Shown one piece after another: positions 1 through 13,100 of a stretch of 64,000 nucleotides of DNA. The translations under genes were made by a program, and so were the position numbers. The notes below the pieces were generated by a model. That model saw only the letters and a list, made by a program, of their open reading frames with translations. It did no database searches and had not been told where the DNA came from. Source of the DNA: Octopus sinensis (taxonomy: Eukaryota). Location of the stretch: assembly GCF_006345805.1 (NCBI RefSeq), contig NC_043021.1, forward strand, positions 6,014,001 to 6,078,000, read 5' to 3'. Numbering within the stretch: position 1 is the stretch's first letter; each line of letters starts with the position of its first letter.

Positions 1-458
1 GTGTGGTCCCGGCCATGCCAGGTCCTGTCAGGCTAACCCATACCAGCATGGAAAACAGGTGTTAAATATTGATGATTACAGGTATGATTAATAAAAAAAA
101 AGTAATAGTTTACAATACATTTAAAAAATTTTTAACTTTAGAACTGTCAAAGTTCTGGCACATTGGAAATGGATTACCAATGTGCCACAAAAATGGTAAT
201 CAGTGACCAGGATTGAAATATAGCAAACAAGGGACAAACACATCAATAGAGATCTCCGTTAGCATAATGTAAAATGTTTCAAAATTGGATTGGATTAGGA
301 TTGCATCAGGAAGGGCATCCAGCAGTAAGAAACATGCCGAAACAGACAACTGGGGTCTGGACAGCTCCCCAGCTGGCCAACTCCTGTCAAATCGTCCAAC
401 CCATGCCGACATGGAAAATGGATGATATGTAAGATAGCCACCACACGCAAGTAAATTT

Positions 459-905
459 GTGGCTACCCACATGGTTCTTGGTCTCAAGCATTTGTCTTAT
501 AAAGCAAGGCTGAAGACGCCCGACCTTCATTCTCTAGAAAAACGCCGCCGTCGCCGTGGTGATCTCATTCTTGCTCACAACATCATAAGCGGAAAGTGTA
601 ACCTCTCGAAAGAGCTGTTCTTCACTCCTGCTCCAGAGCGTTGGCTGCGCGGTCACTCTGAAAAGCTCTGTCTGCGACAAGTTAATCTCAATCGAAGGAG
701 AGGAGCTTTCTCCGTCTGGGTTGCGGATCCATGGAATAAGCTGCCGGACAAGATGGTGAAGATGCTGACGACCGCTCGGTTCAAAGTCTCTCTTGACCAG
801 AAATGGCCTGAACTCTTTGTATGAACACCACCCTGTACATAACTCCATGTCCCCCTACAGGGCCTTGCTTTTTGCTTTTTGAGCCCAAAAATTAACTTAA
901 CTTAA
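459..905 (+). mobile_element. CR1-type LINE 3' end (5'-truncated)
   Basis: ORF LSYKARL..LHSLEKRRRRRGDLI...LRGHSEKL...[17 protein letters not shown] is the typical CR1 ORF2 C-terminus; followed by a short 3' UTR and (TAACT)n tail. Confidence 0.85.
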
Positions 906-1099
906 AGATTTGTGTGAGTATGTTAGCTTTGTCCCCCCACCCATTTGACAACTGGTGTTTTTTTGTCTTTGCCCCTGTGACTAAGTGTTTTGATATCAAC
1001 TTGTTCAACCAAACCCTTCAAGGGTGTCCAAGTGTGGCTGCAGCAAAGAAGAGAGAAAGGATAAAATGAAAAATGTTATAAACAAAAACAATTACAAAC

Positions 1100-1183
1100 C
1101 TCTTTCAGCTGTGTCAGCATCCCAAGAACAATGAGTTCTCCAACTTTAGATGTTGTACCCAGAAGGTGCTCGATCGGTTTCAG
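1100..1183 (-). CDS. POLE2: POLE2 exon 7 (LKPIEHLLGTTSKVGELIVLGMLTQLKE)
   Basis: Acceptor cttccttag, donor GAG|GTTTGT; 84 nt; phase 0 to 0. Confidence 0.94.
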
Positions 1184-4100
1184 CTAAGGAAGGGAAATAC
1201 AAAGAGATATTAAATATTCATTAACACATTTGTTATGTCTTGTTTAAAATTTCCAAGAGATAAACCCCAACTTGGTGTTTGGACCTGAAACAACCAAAAT
1301 CCAGCAGAAATATGATGAAAGGCATTTCAGTTATTACCATGCAAAGTTTTTTTTTCAGGAAAACATCTTTTTTAACCAAGGTGCCACATAAAAAGCATTG
1401 GTGTGGGTGATGCCACATGTAAAGCACCAGTGGTGGTGCAATGTGAAAAGCACTGGCAGTGCCACATGAAAAGCACTCAGTACACTCTGAAAAGTGGTTG
1501 GCATTAGGAAGGGCATCCAGCTGTAGAAATCAAGCCAAGATAGAATATGGAACCTGGTGCAGTGTCCCTTGTCTTAACAATTCCTGTCAAGCTGTCCAAA
1601 CCATACCAGCATGGAAAACAGACATTAAATATTATTGGTGACAATCCTTTGAAGACATCTGAGTGACCACCCATACATTCCCTAATTAGACTGATGGCTC
1701 CTTAATTTTCATACAAAACAGAAAATTTTTCAAATATAAATGATATGGCTCAATGGACAGGGACCCTTTGTAGACCACCAATGAATTAAATCAAGCTTTG
1801 TGAAACCTTTTAATATCAAGCCAGCCAAAACTTCCTGTTTGAAGCGACCAAAAGCTTTCCTCAAAATTCCATGCTAATTTATGTTCCAAACATCAGTTTA
1901 ATAACGACAAAGTTATTTCACTAAATTCTTTGTAACATATCTAGGTCTGCTGAACCAAGTCTGACTCGTAGCTAACAAGAATTCAAACAACAAGCGTACC
2001 TGAAATTTTTGAGAATTTTCATCCATGTTTCCAATGGCTGGTGGTGTAAATAGATGATGGCGCATAGTTCTCTGAAGAATATTAGAGAGAAAGAAGGGGT
2101 TAAGGACATGAGCAGAAAGTAGGGACTAGGAACATTGGTGGAAAAATAGGGGTCAACATTGCTTTGTCTACTTCATGCAAAATCTGGTGAACATGTGGTA
2201 ACTTTGTCAATCAATCAATTAGCTAGTCTGATAACAAATATGTAGTGAGTGCAAAACAGATAGATAAGAGAAGCAGTGAGGTGGACAGGGGCGATTTGTG
2301 TTACTTATGAGGTTGATGGTTTAATATATAGTAGCTTTGTAAAGATACAAACATATGGAAATATATAAGATCCAGAAAGCATAGGAACCCCAACAATATA
2401 TATATACATATATATATAGATAGATAGATAGAATGGCGTGGAGGCGCAATGGCCCAGTGGTTAGGGCAGCGGACTCGTGGTCGTAGGATCGCGGTTTCGA
2501 TTCCCAGACCGGGCGTTGTGAGTGTTTATTGAGCGAAAACACCTAAAGCTCCATGAGGCTCCGGCAGGGGATGGTGGTGATCCCTGCTGTACTCTTTCAC
2601 CACAACTTTCTCTCACTCTTACTTCCTGTTTCTGTTGTACCTGTATTTCAAAGGGCCGGCCTCGTCACTCTCTGTGTCACGCTGAATATCCCCGAGAACT
2701 GCGTTAAGGGTACACGTGTCTGTGGAGTGCTCAGCCACTTACACGTTAATTTCACGAGCAGGCTGTTCCGTTCATCGGATCAACCGGAACCCTCGTCGCC
2801 GTAACCGGCGACTTGATATGCAACAGACTTCCCTTGCCTTAGCCACCCGTATGTCTCTCTACGGGACACCTATTCCTGTCCATCTTTCCTATTTTAGCCT
2901 CTCTACACCTGATGCAATACCAGCTTCCTCAATATTGCACTCTCTGTGAAGGGATCTTTCTTTGCATGTTACTTAAGTACTTTTAGCCAGAAAAAAAAAG
3001 CACCCAACACATTTTGTAAAGATGTTAGCATTGGGAAGGGCATCCAGCCACAGAAACCTTGCCAAAGCAGGCAAGAGACCAACAAACCATTCAGACTAGT
3101 TGAATCCAGTCAAACCATCCAACACCCATGCCAGCATGGAACACGGATGTTAAAGGAAGATGATGATGAGGATTCAGTAATGCCACTGGCAGTCCACCTC
3201 CAGGCCTGATCAAACGATTTCAATTAACTGAGAGTATCAGATATTCAACTTCTACGACATTAAGTGAATCTAGTCATGTAATCAGATTCCAGAGAGAACG
3301 ACAAATATAAGGCTTACCATTTATAAGAACTCAATGTCCCACATTATATTTATACACCTGTCCATTTCTCCTGTGTAGCAGTTTCTAACAAGGAAATGAT
3401 GAAATCTAAAGTTAAGGACTCACCTGATAGAGTAACATATAACGATCCTTAAACAATTTCCCGAGGTCAGCTGGTTGTCCATGAAGTAGGGGTGGTGACA
3501 AGCCGAGTTCTTGGTTTCTGTTTATGAAATATAAAAACATCATTTAACACCAACTTTTCCATGCTTGTATGCGTCAGATAGATCACAAAGTGAATTTTCT
3601 ATGGCCGGACGCCCATCTTGTCACCAACCCTCACCTGTTTCCAAGCAAGGTGATATATCACACATGGCCACACGTTTTTCCGGGGAAGACCAGACACGAA
3701 TAGTGCTTGTAAACAGTGATACTCACGACTATCAGGTGTCAAGACAGGAGCACACACAGATCTACCAATTATTCCAACCCCAACCAAACCCCTTCTATCC
3801 CTCATTCTCCTTAACATCATTTTTCACACCATCTTCACTGATTACCTCCATCCTGTGCCTTTGGTTATCTTCCCCACTCCTCTGACATACTTCAACACCT
3901 TCTCAAAGCTACCTTCACATCCCACTTGCTCTAGCCACCCTTATGTACTGCTACATCTCCCTCCCCACCACTCCAATTGTCTGCTGTGGCATGGTTTCCA
4001 TGGCTAGATGCCCTTACTAACGCCAACCACTTTAGTGTGTGCTGGGTGGTTTTTACATGCCACTGGCATGCATGCGTTTACACAACACTAGCACGAGTGC

Positions 4101-7100
4101 ATTTTATGTGACACAGGCACCCATAAAGGACCCATGTATGGATGACGATTTTACTTGGCTTGACATGCCTTCTCAAGTACAGCAAATTGCCACAACCCCT
4201 GGTCCTTAGCCGTTTCCTCAGCGAGGCCCAGCATCCAAAAATCCTCTCTCACCACTTTGTGCCACGTCTACCTGAGTCTATTTCCCCAAGTTCCCTCCAC
4301 AATTAGAGATCGGCACTTCTTCATGCAGCTGTCCTCATCCATCTGTATCACATCACCAAACCAGCACAATCTTCTTTCTTGCACTCAACGTCTGATGCCG
4401 CTTATACCCAAGTTTTCCTCTTATGTCATTCACCCTCTTGTGTGCACACTGACACTACCCATCCAGCAGAGCATGCGAGCTTCATTTCTTTCAAACCTTT
4501 GCAAGTCTTCTGTCATCAAAGCCCATGTTCCACTGCCATGTAGCACAGCTGTACATATACAAGCATCTGACTTACACCCTCCCCACAAAAATTGATGGCC
4601 AAAATGTGAAACCATTATTAACCCTTTTGCTACCAACCCGGCTGAAATCAGCCCTGGCTCTGAGTACAAATGTTTTCTTTTCAAAAGTTCTGAATTAAAA
4701 TCTTCCACCAAACCTTAGTCACAATTTATATTCCTAACATTAGCTTAATGATAACTCTCTCTTTACTCTCTTACTTGTTTCAGTCATTTGACTGTGGCCA
4801 TGCTGGAGCACCACCTTTTAGTCGAGCAAATCGACCCCAGGACTTATTCTATTGGTCTCTTTTGCTGAACCGCTAAGTTACGGGGACGTAAACACACCAG
4901 CATCGGTTGTCAAGCGATGTTGGGGGGACAAACACAGACACACAAACATATACACTTACATATATATATACATATATATATACATATATACGACGGGCTT
5001 CTTTCAGTTTCCGTCTACCAAATCCACTCACAAGGCTTTGGTCGGCCCGAGGCTATGGTAGAAAACATGTGCCCATGGTGCCACGCAGTGGGACTGAAAC
5101 CGGAACCATGTGGTTGGTAAGCAAGCTATATTTTACTAAATTATTTGTTATATTTACAGCAATTGAAAGAAACACAGAGCATCTCAAAATAAATTCATTA
5201 ATGAAAGGGTTAAGTTGATGTCTGAAACATAAACTAACATGAAGTCTTAATAGAATGCTTTTATCTAAATCACTCTAAAAGAGGAAGTTTGTATCACAGA
5301 ACCAAGGGTCGTTTTGAGAGGGTTGATACTGAAGGGGGTCAAAGGGGAACAAGATCAACCCAGAAAAAAAAAAAAAAAAAAAAGCAGCAAACTTTTAAGG
5401 ATAACTTACAAAATGAATTTTTTCCGTTCATCAGCATAAGTGTATCTTGGCACTGAAAATGCATCAATCACACTAAAGGCATTTTCTCTGAAATCAAACA
5501 ACAAATATTTTAAATAACAAAGATGGTGAACAATGATTAAAGTATACAAAACAATGGCAAAACCAAGACTCCACTTCTTTAGACATTGATGTTACTTCAA
5601 TGAAGGAAGCAGCTCTGCAGAGAATTGGTTACTTCCACTTATACCATTGCTTCAGAACCAAGTGGTTCAGTACCACTGTGCAGCACCTCCGGTATTATTG
5701 TATTTATTGTATGTTTATTTCCCCAAAATCGCAATCGATCAACATCAGTGGAATTTGTAGCTGTGATACCAGTGCCGGTGGCACATAAGTGAACCATCCG
5801 AACGTGGCCGTAGCCAGCGCCACCCTGACTGGCCTCCGTGCCAGTGGCACGTAAAAAGTACCCAGCTGTAGAAACACTGCCAGATCAGACTGGGCCTGGT
5901 GCAGCCTTCTGGTTTCCCAAATCCCAGTTAAAGAGCTATATTCCGTTTCAAATCTCAAAGTTGGTAACAAGAGATTAAGTTTCCATGTAATAACAAATGT
6001 GTCATTACATCAAGATTTACCTTACCAGGTACAAATGTCAACTCTCATTTAGTTCTCTTTTCAGTAGATTTCTTATGACTAGCCTGTTGAAAATATTTCC
6101 ATTAATTTGAAGAATTTTCAGTACAGATATGGCTGTGATTAACAAGCTTACTTCCCAACCACATGATTTTGAGTTCAGTCCCACTGCATGGCACCTTGAG
6201 CAAGTATCTTCTAATATAGCCTCAAGCCTAACCACTACACTCACGGAGTGGTTGGCGTTAGGAAGGGCATCCAGCTGTAGAAACACTACCAGATCAGACG
6301 AGCCTGGTGCAACCTCCTGGCTTCCCAGACCCCGGTAAAACTGTCCAACCTGGGCTAGCACGGAAAACGGACGTTAAACGATGATAATTTTATTTGTCTG
6401 GTAAGAGGAGTTATGTGGTAAGGTAAATCTTGATGTAATGACACATTTGTTACAAAAAAACCCAGATGTTTTGATGTGGTGTGAAAGAAAGAAAGTTGTA
6501 AATATAGTTGAGCTAACGGTTCCTCATGAAGATAATATGGACGACGCTCGAGCTCGAAAATTGAACCGTTATGTAAACCTCCTCGAGGAACGTGAAGACG
6601 CAGGCTGGAAAGCGGAACATTTTCCTATCGAAGTCGAATGTAGAGGGTTTGTTGGACACAGCGTGAGACGACTGTTGTTATTGCTAGGCCTAACTCATCG
6701 TAAAGTCAATACCACCATGACTGATATCCCAATCTACAGTGAAGGCTAGCCACTGGATTTGGTTAAAAAGAGACGATGAACGATGGCTAGAAGGATATTG
6801 AGTTTAACTTCATAACCAGCTGATCTAGCAAGCAGGGCCTCATATCAGTAAGGAGGAGGGGGGGGCTGCGCATTGATGCCATCGAAAGGTAGGCCCCGAA
6901 ACGGCATGCATTCTCTCCAGATGACCCCATACACTTGCTGGCTTCTGGTATACGGAGCTTTTGACTGGTAGCACTTGCATGTGCAAGTTGTTTGCAAGAT
7001 ATCTGGACAGAAGAGCTGCAGAAGTCACAGAATGTGTGACAAAAGAAATTTGGTAGAAAATAAACTAAAAAGTGAAAAAAAATAAAGCTATAGTGAAGAT

Positions 7101-10100
7101 CCAAATAAATAAAGCTTATGTTTTAATTGGTAAAAGATGACCATCTCCAACTATGTACAAGAAAATCCATTTTCACATCAATGGTCTTGTGAAACAAATA
7201 CATAAACTTAAATTAAACTGAACGCTCACTGTAAAAGTTGAGGGAGAGAAAAAGAATAAATAGGGTCCATCAATTAACAAGAAACTTACCCATCGTGTTC
7301 ATCACCAGCAACACATTCCTGCAGTGCAGTCATGCAAGTAAATCTATCTATCAAAGATGATGTCACTAAGAAAAAAAGAAAGAAAGAAACTATAAACTTC
7401 ATTGAAATAGTTCTTACTGAGATACAAGGCCACAAATTGGTTAGGGAGGAGGTTAGTAAAATTGACTACTTTACCACCAACCCTGGAAAGATGAAACGGC
7501 AAAACTAACTTAGGAAAAATTTGAACTTAAAATGTATAATAATGACACAAAAGGGATGTGGAGGAGGTACGAATAAGTAATACTCTTTTTACTTGTTTCA
7601 GTCATTTGACTGCGGCCATGCTGGAGCACCGCCTTTAGTCGAGCAAATCGACCCCGGGACTTATTCTTTGTAAGCCCAGTACCTATTCTATTGGTCTCTT
7701 TTGCCGAACCATTAAGTGACGGGGACGTAAACACACCAGCATCGGTTGTCAAGCAATGCTAGGGGGACAAACACAGACATATAAACATATATACACACAC
7801 TTATATATACATATATACAACAGGCTTCTTTCAGTTTCCGTCTACCAAATCCACTCACAAGGCATTGGTCGGCCCGTGGCTATAGCAGAAGACACTTGCC
7901 GAAGATGCCACGCAGTGGGACTGAACTCGGAACCATGTGGTTGGTTAGCAAGCTACTCACCACGATGAATTTCTGTGCTAAAATTACAGATGCAATGATG
8001 CCTTCTTGTCAAGAGCTCCCCACAATGATTAAAGTATACAAAACAATGGCAAAACCAAGACACCACTTCTTAGACATTGATGTTACTTCAATGAAGGAAG
8101 CAGCTCTGCAGAGAATTAGTTACTTCCACTAATACCATTGCTTCAGAACCAGGTGGTTTAGTACCACTGTGCAGCACCTCCGGTATCATTGTATTTATTG
8201 TAGGTTTATTTCCCCAAAATCGCAATCGATCAACATCAGTGGAATTTGTAGCTGTGATACCAGTGCCGGTGGTGGCATGTAAGAGAACCATCCGAACGTG
8301 GCCGTAGCCAGCGCCACCCTGACTGGCCTCCGTGCCGGTGGCACGTAAAAAACACCATCCGATCATGGCCGTTGCCAGCTTCGTCTGGTCTCTGTGAAAA
8401 GCACCCACTACACTCACGGAGTGGTTGGCGTTAGGAAGGGCATCCAGCTGTAGAAACACTGCCAGATCAGATTGGGCCTGGTGCAGCCTCCTGGCTTCCC
8501 AGACCCCAGTTGAACCGTCCAACCCATGCTAGCATGGAAAACGGACATTAAACGACGATGATGATAATGTCCATCCTTCATACTCACATTTTTAATTATC
8601 CTCTCATTTATTCCTTCATGTATTATAACAATGCTTATTTCATATTCTTATTCATTTAACTATGTTTTTAGTTAGAATTGATTTTGCTTTCTTTATTATA
8701 CGTATATACATACTCAATCCAAACATGAACAAGCAAGAAAAAACAACAACTCAAGGACTTGGAATAAGTACAGTTTTATTGGACGCTCAGGAAAGGAAAG
8801 AAAAGAAAAAGGATTTCACGTTTCAGGCGGAGCTCTTCATCAGAAATATAGAAAAACTCCAGAGAAGGGAAGACAAAGAAAATCGCCAACAATACACACA
8901 TGGTCACATATTGAAATGACCATCATTTAATATCCGTTGTCCATGCTGGTATGCTGCACCAGACTTCAGTTTGATTTGGCATGGTTTTCTTAAGCTCAAT
9001 GCCCTTCATAATGCCAACCACTCCAAGAGTGTAATGGATGCTTTTATGTGCCACCAGCACAGGTGCCATTTGCGTGACACTGGTATCTGCCACGACTGCA
9101 ATTTTTCTCAGCTTGATAGGTCTTCTTCTCAAGCACGACAAAATGCTGAAGGTCTCAGTTATTGCCTCCATTAGACCCAATGCTCAAAAGGAACTCAGCT
9201 ACTTTGCCTCCGTGAGGCCCAACACTCGAAAGGTGTTCTTTGCGCGCCACCAGCACGGGCTCCAGTTACCACAACTGATTTCACTTGGCTTGATGGGTCA
9301 TCTCAACCACAACACATTGCCAAAGATCTCGGTCACCAGTCACTGCCTGTGAGGCTCAAAGTTTGAAGATTATTCTTCACCACCACATCCCACGTCTAGC
9401 TCTACCACAGGTTCCCTCCAGAGTTTAGGGATTGGCACTTCTTAACACAGCTGTTCTCGTCCATATGCATCACATGACCATACCAGCACAGTCCTCTCTC
9501 TTGCATGTCACATCTGGTGCCTCTTAAGCTTAACTTTTCTCTCAAGATGCTTACACTGTCAAACATGCACACTGACATTGTACACCCAGCAAAGCATATT
9601 GGCTTTGTTTCTTTCAAGCCTATACATGTCATCAGCTGTCACAGCCCACATTTCACTGCCTTGCAGCATAGCAGTTTGCACACAGGATCAAACAATCTGC
9701 CTTTCACTCTGAGAGCAGGGGTAGGAGCTCTCTGAACTTTGCCCTTCCATTTTATGAGTGATCTGGTTACTGTTTCTAGCAGACTGAACATCCATGTAGA
9801 GGCTTCCTAACATGTTTACCAGTGCTGAGTCATGTCCTATAGTCAAAATGACTGTGGAGATAGATTCCGGACATGGATGCAGTCCCGTGGTTGAAAAGAA
9901 TAGAAAAACAAGGACAAGACCACAAAACTGGGGAATGGAGCATAAATTCAATCAAACCTTAATACAGAACTCCTAGTAGAAGGAAAAATAAACAGAAAAA
10001 TGTCTTACTCACAAGGTTGCTTCATTATATTCTCCAAAATTTTGTCAATCATCTGCATTCTTTTACTTGCTTTCATAGTCTCCAAATGTTCCAAAAGAAA

Positions 10101-13100
10101 TTTACTGGCTTCACTGAAAAATAGGAAACAGTCAGGTTGAAAACCTCCATGATTTTTACGTGGTAACAGTTCCAGTTCACACTGCCAACTTGTAATTTTT
10201 TTCATATTCCAACAAAGGAAAACTTTGCTCATTTAACCCTTTAGCATTTAAACTGGCCATATCCGGCCAAAAGTATTCTGCCTGTTTTATGTTAAAACTG
10301 GTCGTATCTGGTCTCTCACACCAACCCTACAATATCGTTTTAAAAATTAACAGCTACCTCATCAAAATCTCATAGCTCCAAGATAATGCATGATTAGTTC
10401 AAAACAATGTGGGATAAAAAAGCATTAATTTTGGCAGAATAATGCGAACACTAAAGGGTTAATATTGTAAATCAACGTTTTAATTGTATGAAATTGAAGA
10501 TTCACTGGCATTTATCAATTTCTCACTATGTGCACTGTGGCTGTTCAGATGACAAGAAAAGTACTAACATAGGCAATTTTTTGAAAAATTTATTTTCACT
10601 ATATTTTCATCTCATCAGTTGGCATACATGCATGCAGGGCCGCCAGCACTAGGAGGTGTAGGGTCATCATCATTGTTTAACGTCTGTTCTCCATGCTAGC
10701 ATGGGTTGGACGGTTCGACCGGGGATCTGGGAAGCCAGAAGGCTGCACCAGGCTCCAGTCTGATCTGGCAGAGTTTCTACAGCTGGATGTCCTTCTTAAT
10801 GCCAACCACTCTGTGAGTGTAGTGGGTGCTCTTTACATGCCACCGGCACCAGGCAAGGCTGGCAACGGCCACGATCGGATTGGTGCTTTTTACGTGCCAC
10901 CGGCACGGAAGTCAGTCAAGGCGGCGCTGGCATCGGCCACGTTCAGAGGGTTGATTTTTACGTGCAACTGTTGGTAGGGCCCTCTATTCTACAAAAGCTG
11001 AAGATATGTTTTATATTGTGTAGTACGTAAGTCCTACCTAAAAAGCATTGATGGTTTGAGCCTCTACCATTAGCTTCAATGATATACTGAAAATTCATCA
11101 TAGTGTCCTCCACACGGGTGTGTGTGCAGAGCCCTCTCGACACAATTTGAACAAACTTGTCTAATTGGCTTAAAACTGGCAAGTATGCCAAATGACATAC
11201 ATGAGTAACAGTTGGCATACAATATGCCAACTGACATACTGAGTGTGAACAATGTCATTTGACACTCGTAACCATTGGAGCACTCAAGGGGTTAAACAAT
11301 TCTCTATGTGATGCCCATCTTGTGGATGATCCTATGACAAGCACAATGCCTGGCTAGGTTAGCCAGATGATTTCAGCAACAGAGTTCGGTTAATATAGGG
11401 CGTAACAAATATCAGAAAATCAAAAAAAAAATGTGTGTAATAGGTGTAAAACAACTTCCTATGAACGAATATGAAAAAAAAAATTCGCGCACGCGAAAGG
11501 GGGGTGGGGGAGAGGCCTCGGAAAATTCACATCGGGAAGTTCCGAAAGCGTCTGAGGGGCTGACCGGGCACCAAAACAAAAAAAAAATAGTGTAATATGT
11601 GTAAAACAACTTGCTCTAAACGAATATGAAAAAAAATGCGCTCTCGAGAAAGAGGGGTGGGGGAGAGGCCTCGGAATATTTATATCGGGAATTTCCGAAA
11701 GCGTCTGAACCGGGCACAAAACAAAAAGAAAAACAGCGTAATAGGTGTAAAACAACTTGCTCTAAACGACTATCATGAAAAAAATGCGCGCTCGCGAAAG
11801 GAGGGTGGGGGAGAGGCTTCGGAAATTTCACATCTTCAGTCCACGGCCTTTAAACTAAGAAAAATAGTGTAATTGGTGTAAAACTACTTGTTCTAAACGA
11901 GTATCAAGAACACACACTCACACATGAATCATAAACTCCGTATTTCGCAAAAAAAAAATAAAATAAAGAGAAGAAATTCTGGAAAAAGTGAAGAAATGTT
12001 GGATCTCATTCCTTGGTTAAAGCTATTTTAAACATTAAATTTATGCTTTTCTTTGAAATAGTTCAGATATATGCAATTCTTCTCACTTATTAAGATGCAT
12101 TTATCAGAAAAAATTATTATTTTGTGTCAATCCTTCCCTAATTATCTTTATTAATTAGTTTTGGCGTGTATTTTTTTCCCAAATTTATTTTTTCACCTTT
12201 ACAACACTGTTTAGTAAAGCAATTAATTATCTTTATAATTTGCATATTTGACTTATTAATCAAAATTCTCTAGATGTAATATATACTAAGTAATGCATCC
12301 TTCATTTATGTGTTCCGTTCTGTATTATGCATGCGTGACTGTTTGTATGTAAGTGTGTTTAACTGTGCACATGAATGTGAATATTAAAGAACATATTTAT
12401 TTACTATGATTGTTATTTTCAGAACAAATAAATCTTTTGGCTGTTATGTTATTGATGTTATTATTATTGCTAGTTAAAGGGTGGTGACTTGGCTGAATAT
12501 TTTGAGTCTTGTAGTATGTAGTTGTGTTAGTCAATATTCTGAGTTCAAATCCAACTCATTCTTTATCATCATTATCGATGGACCACTCAAAGAGGTATGT
12601 ATACATTATCATTTTCGTAACATAATTTCTGTAGTATTTCAAGATGTTTCTGACACGTATTTTGATTCACATGGCGGAGATCCAACATTTCTTCACTTTT
12701 TCCAGAATTTCTTCTCTTTATTTTATTTTTTTGCGAAATACGGAGTTTATGATTCATGTGTGAGTGTGTGTTCTTGATACTCGTTTAGAACAAGTAGTTT
12801 TACACCAATTACACTATTTTTTCTTAGTTTAAAGGCCGTGGACTGAAGATGTGAAATTTCCGAAGCCTCTCCCCCACCCTCCTTTCGCGAGCGCGCATTT
12901 TTTTCATGATAGTCGTTTAGAGCAAGTTGTTTTACACCTATTACGCTGTTTTTCTTTTTGTTTTTGTGCCCGGTTCAGACGCTTTCGGAAATTCCCGATA
13001 TAAATATTCCGAGGCCTCTCCCCCACCCCTCTTTCTCGAGAGCGCATTTTTTTTCATATTCGTTTAGAGCAAGTTGTTTTACACATATTACACTATTTTT

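Noticed and set aside
2439-2520. tRNA-like sequences at SINE heads (also 23068, 37702, 43828, 62920)
   Set aside because: They continue into shared SINE bodies and tails, and I could not fold a full cloverleaf. They are SINE heads, not tRNA genes.
4852-5218. Recurrent ORFs such as [11 protein letters not shown]...[15 protein letters not shown] and [11 protein letters not shown]...
   Set aside because: They are chance open frames in family A SINE copies, repeated in more than 10 places with variable stops.
12008-12676. Transposase remnant in the foldback spacer
   Set aside because: It is AT-rich with no ORF bearing DDE or other transposase motifs that I can recognise.
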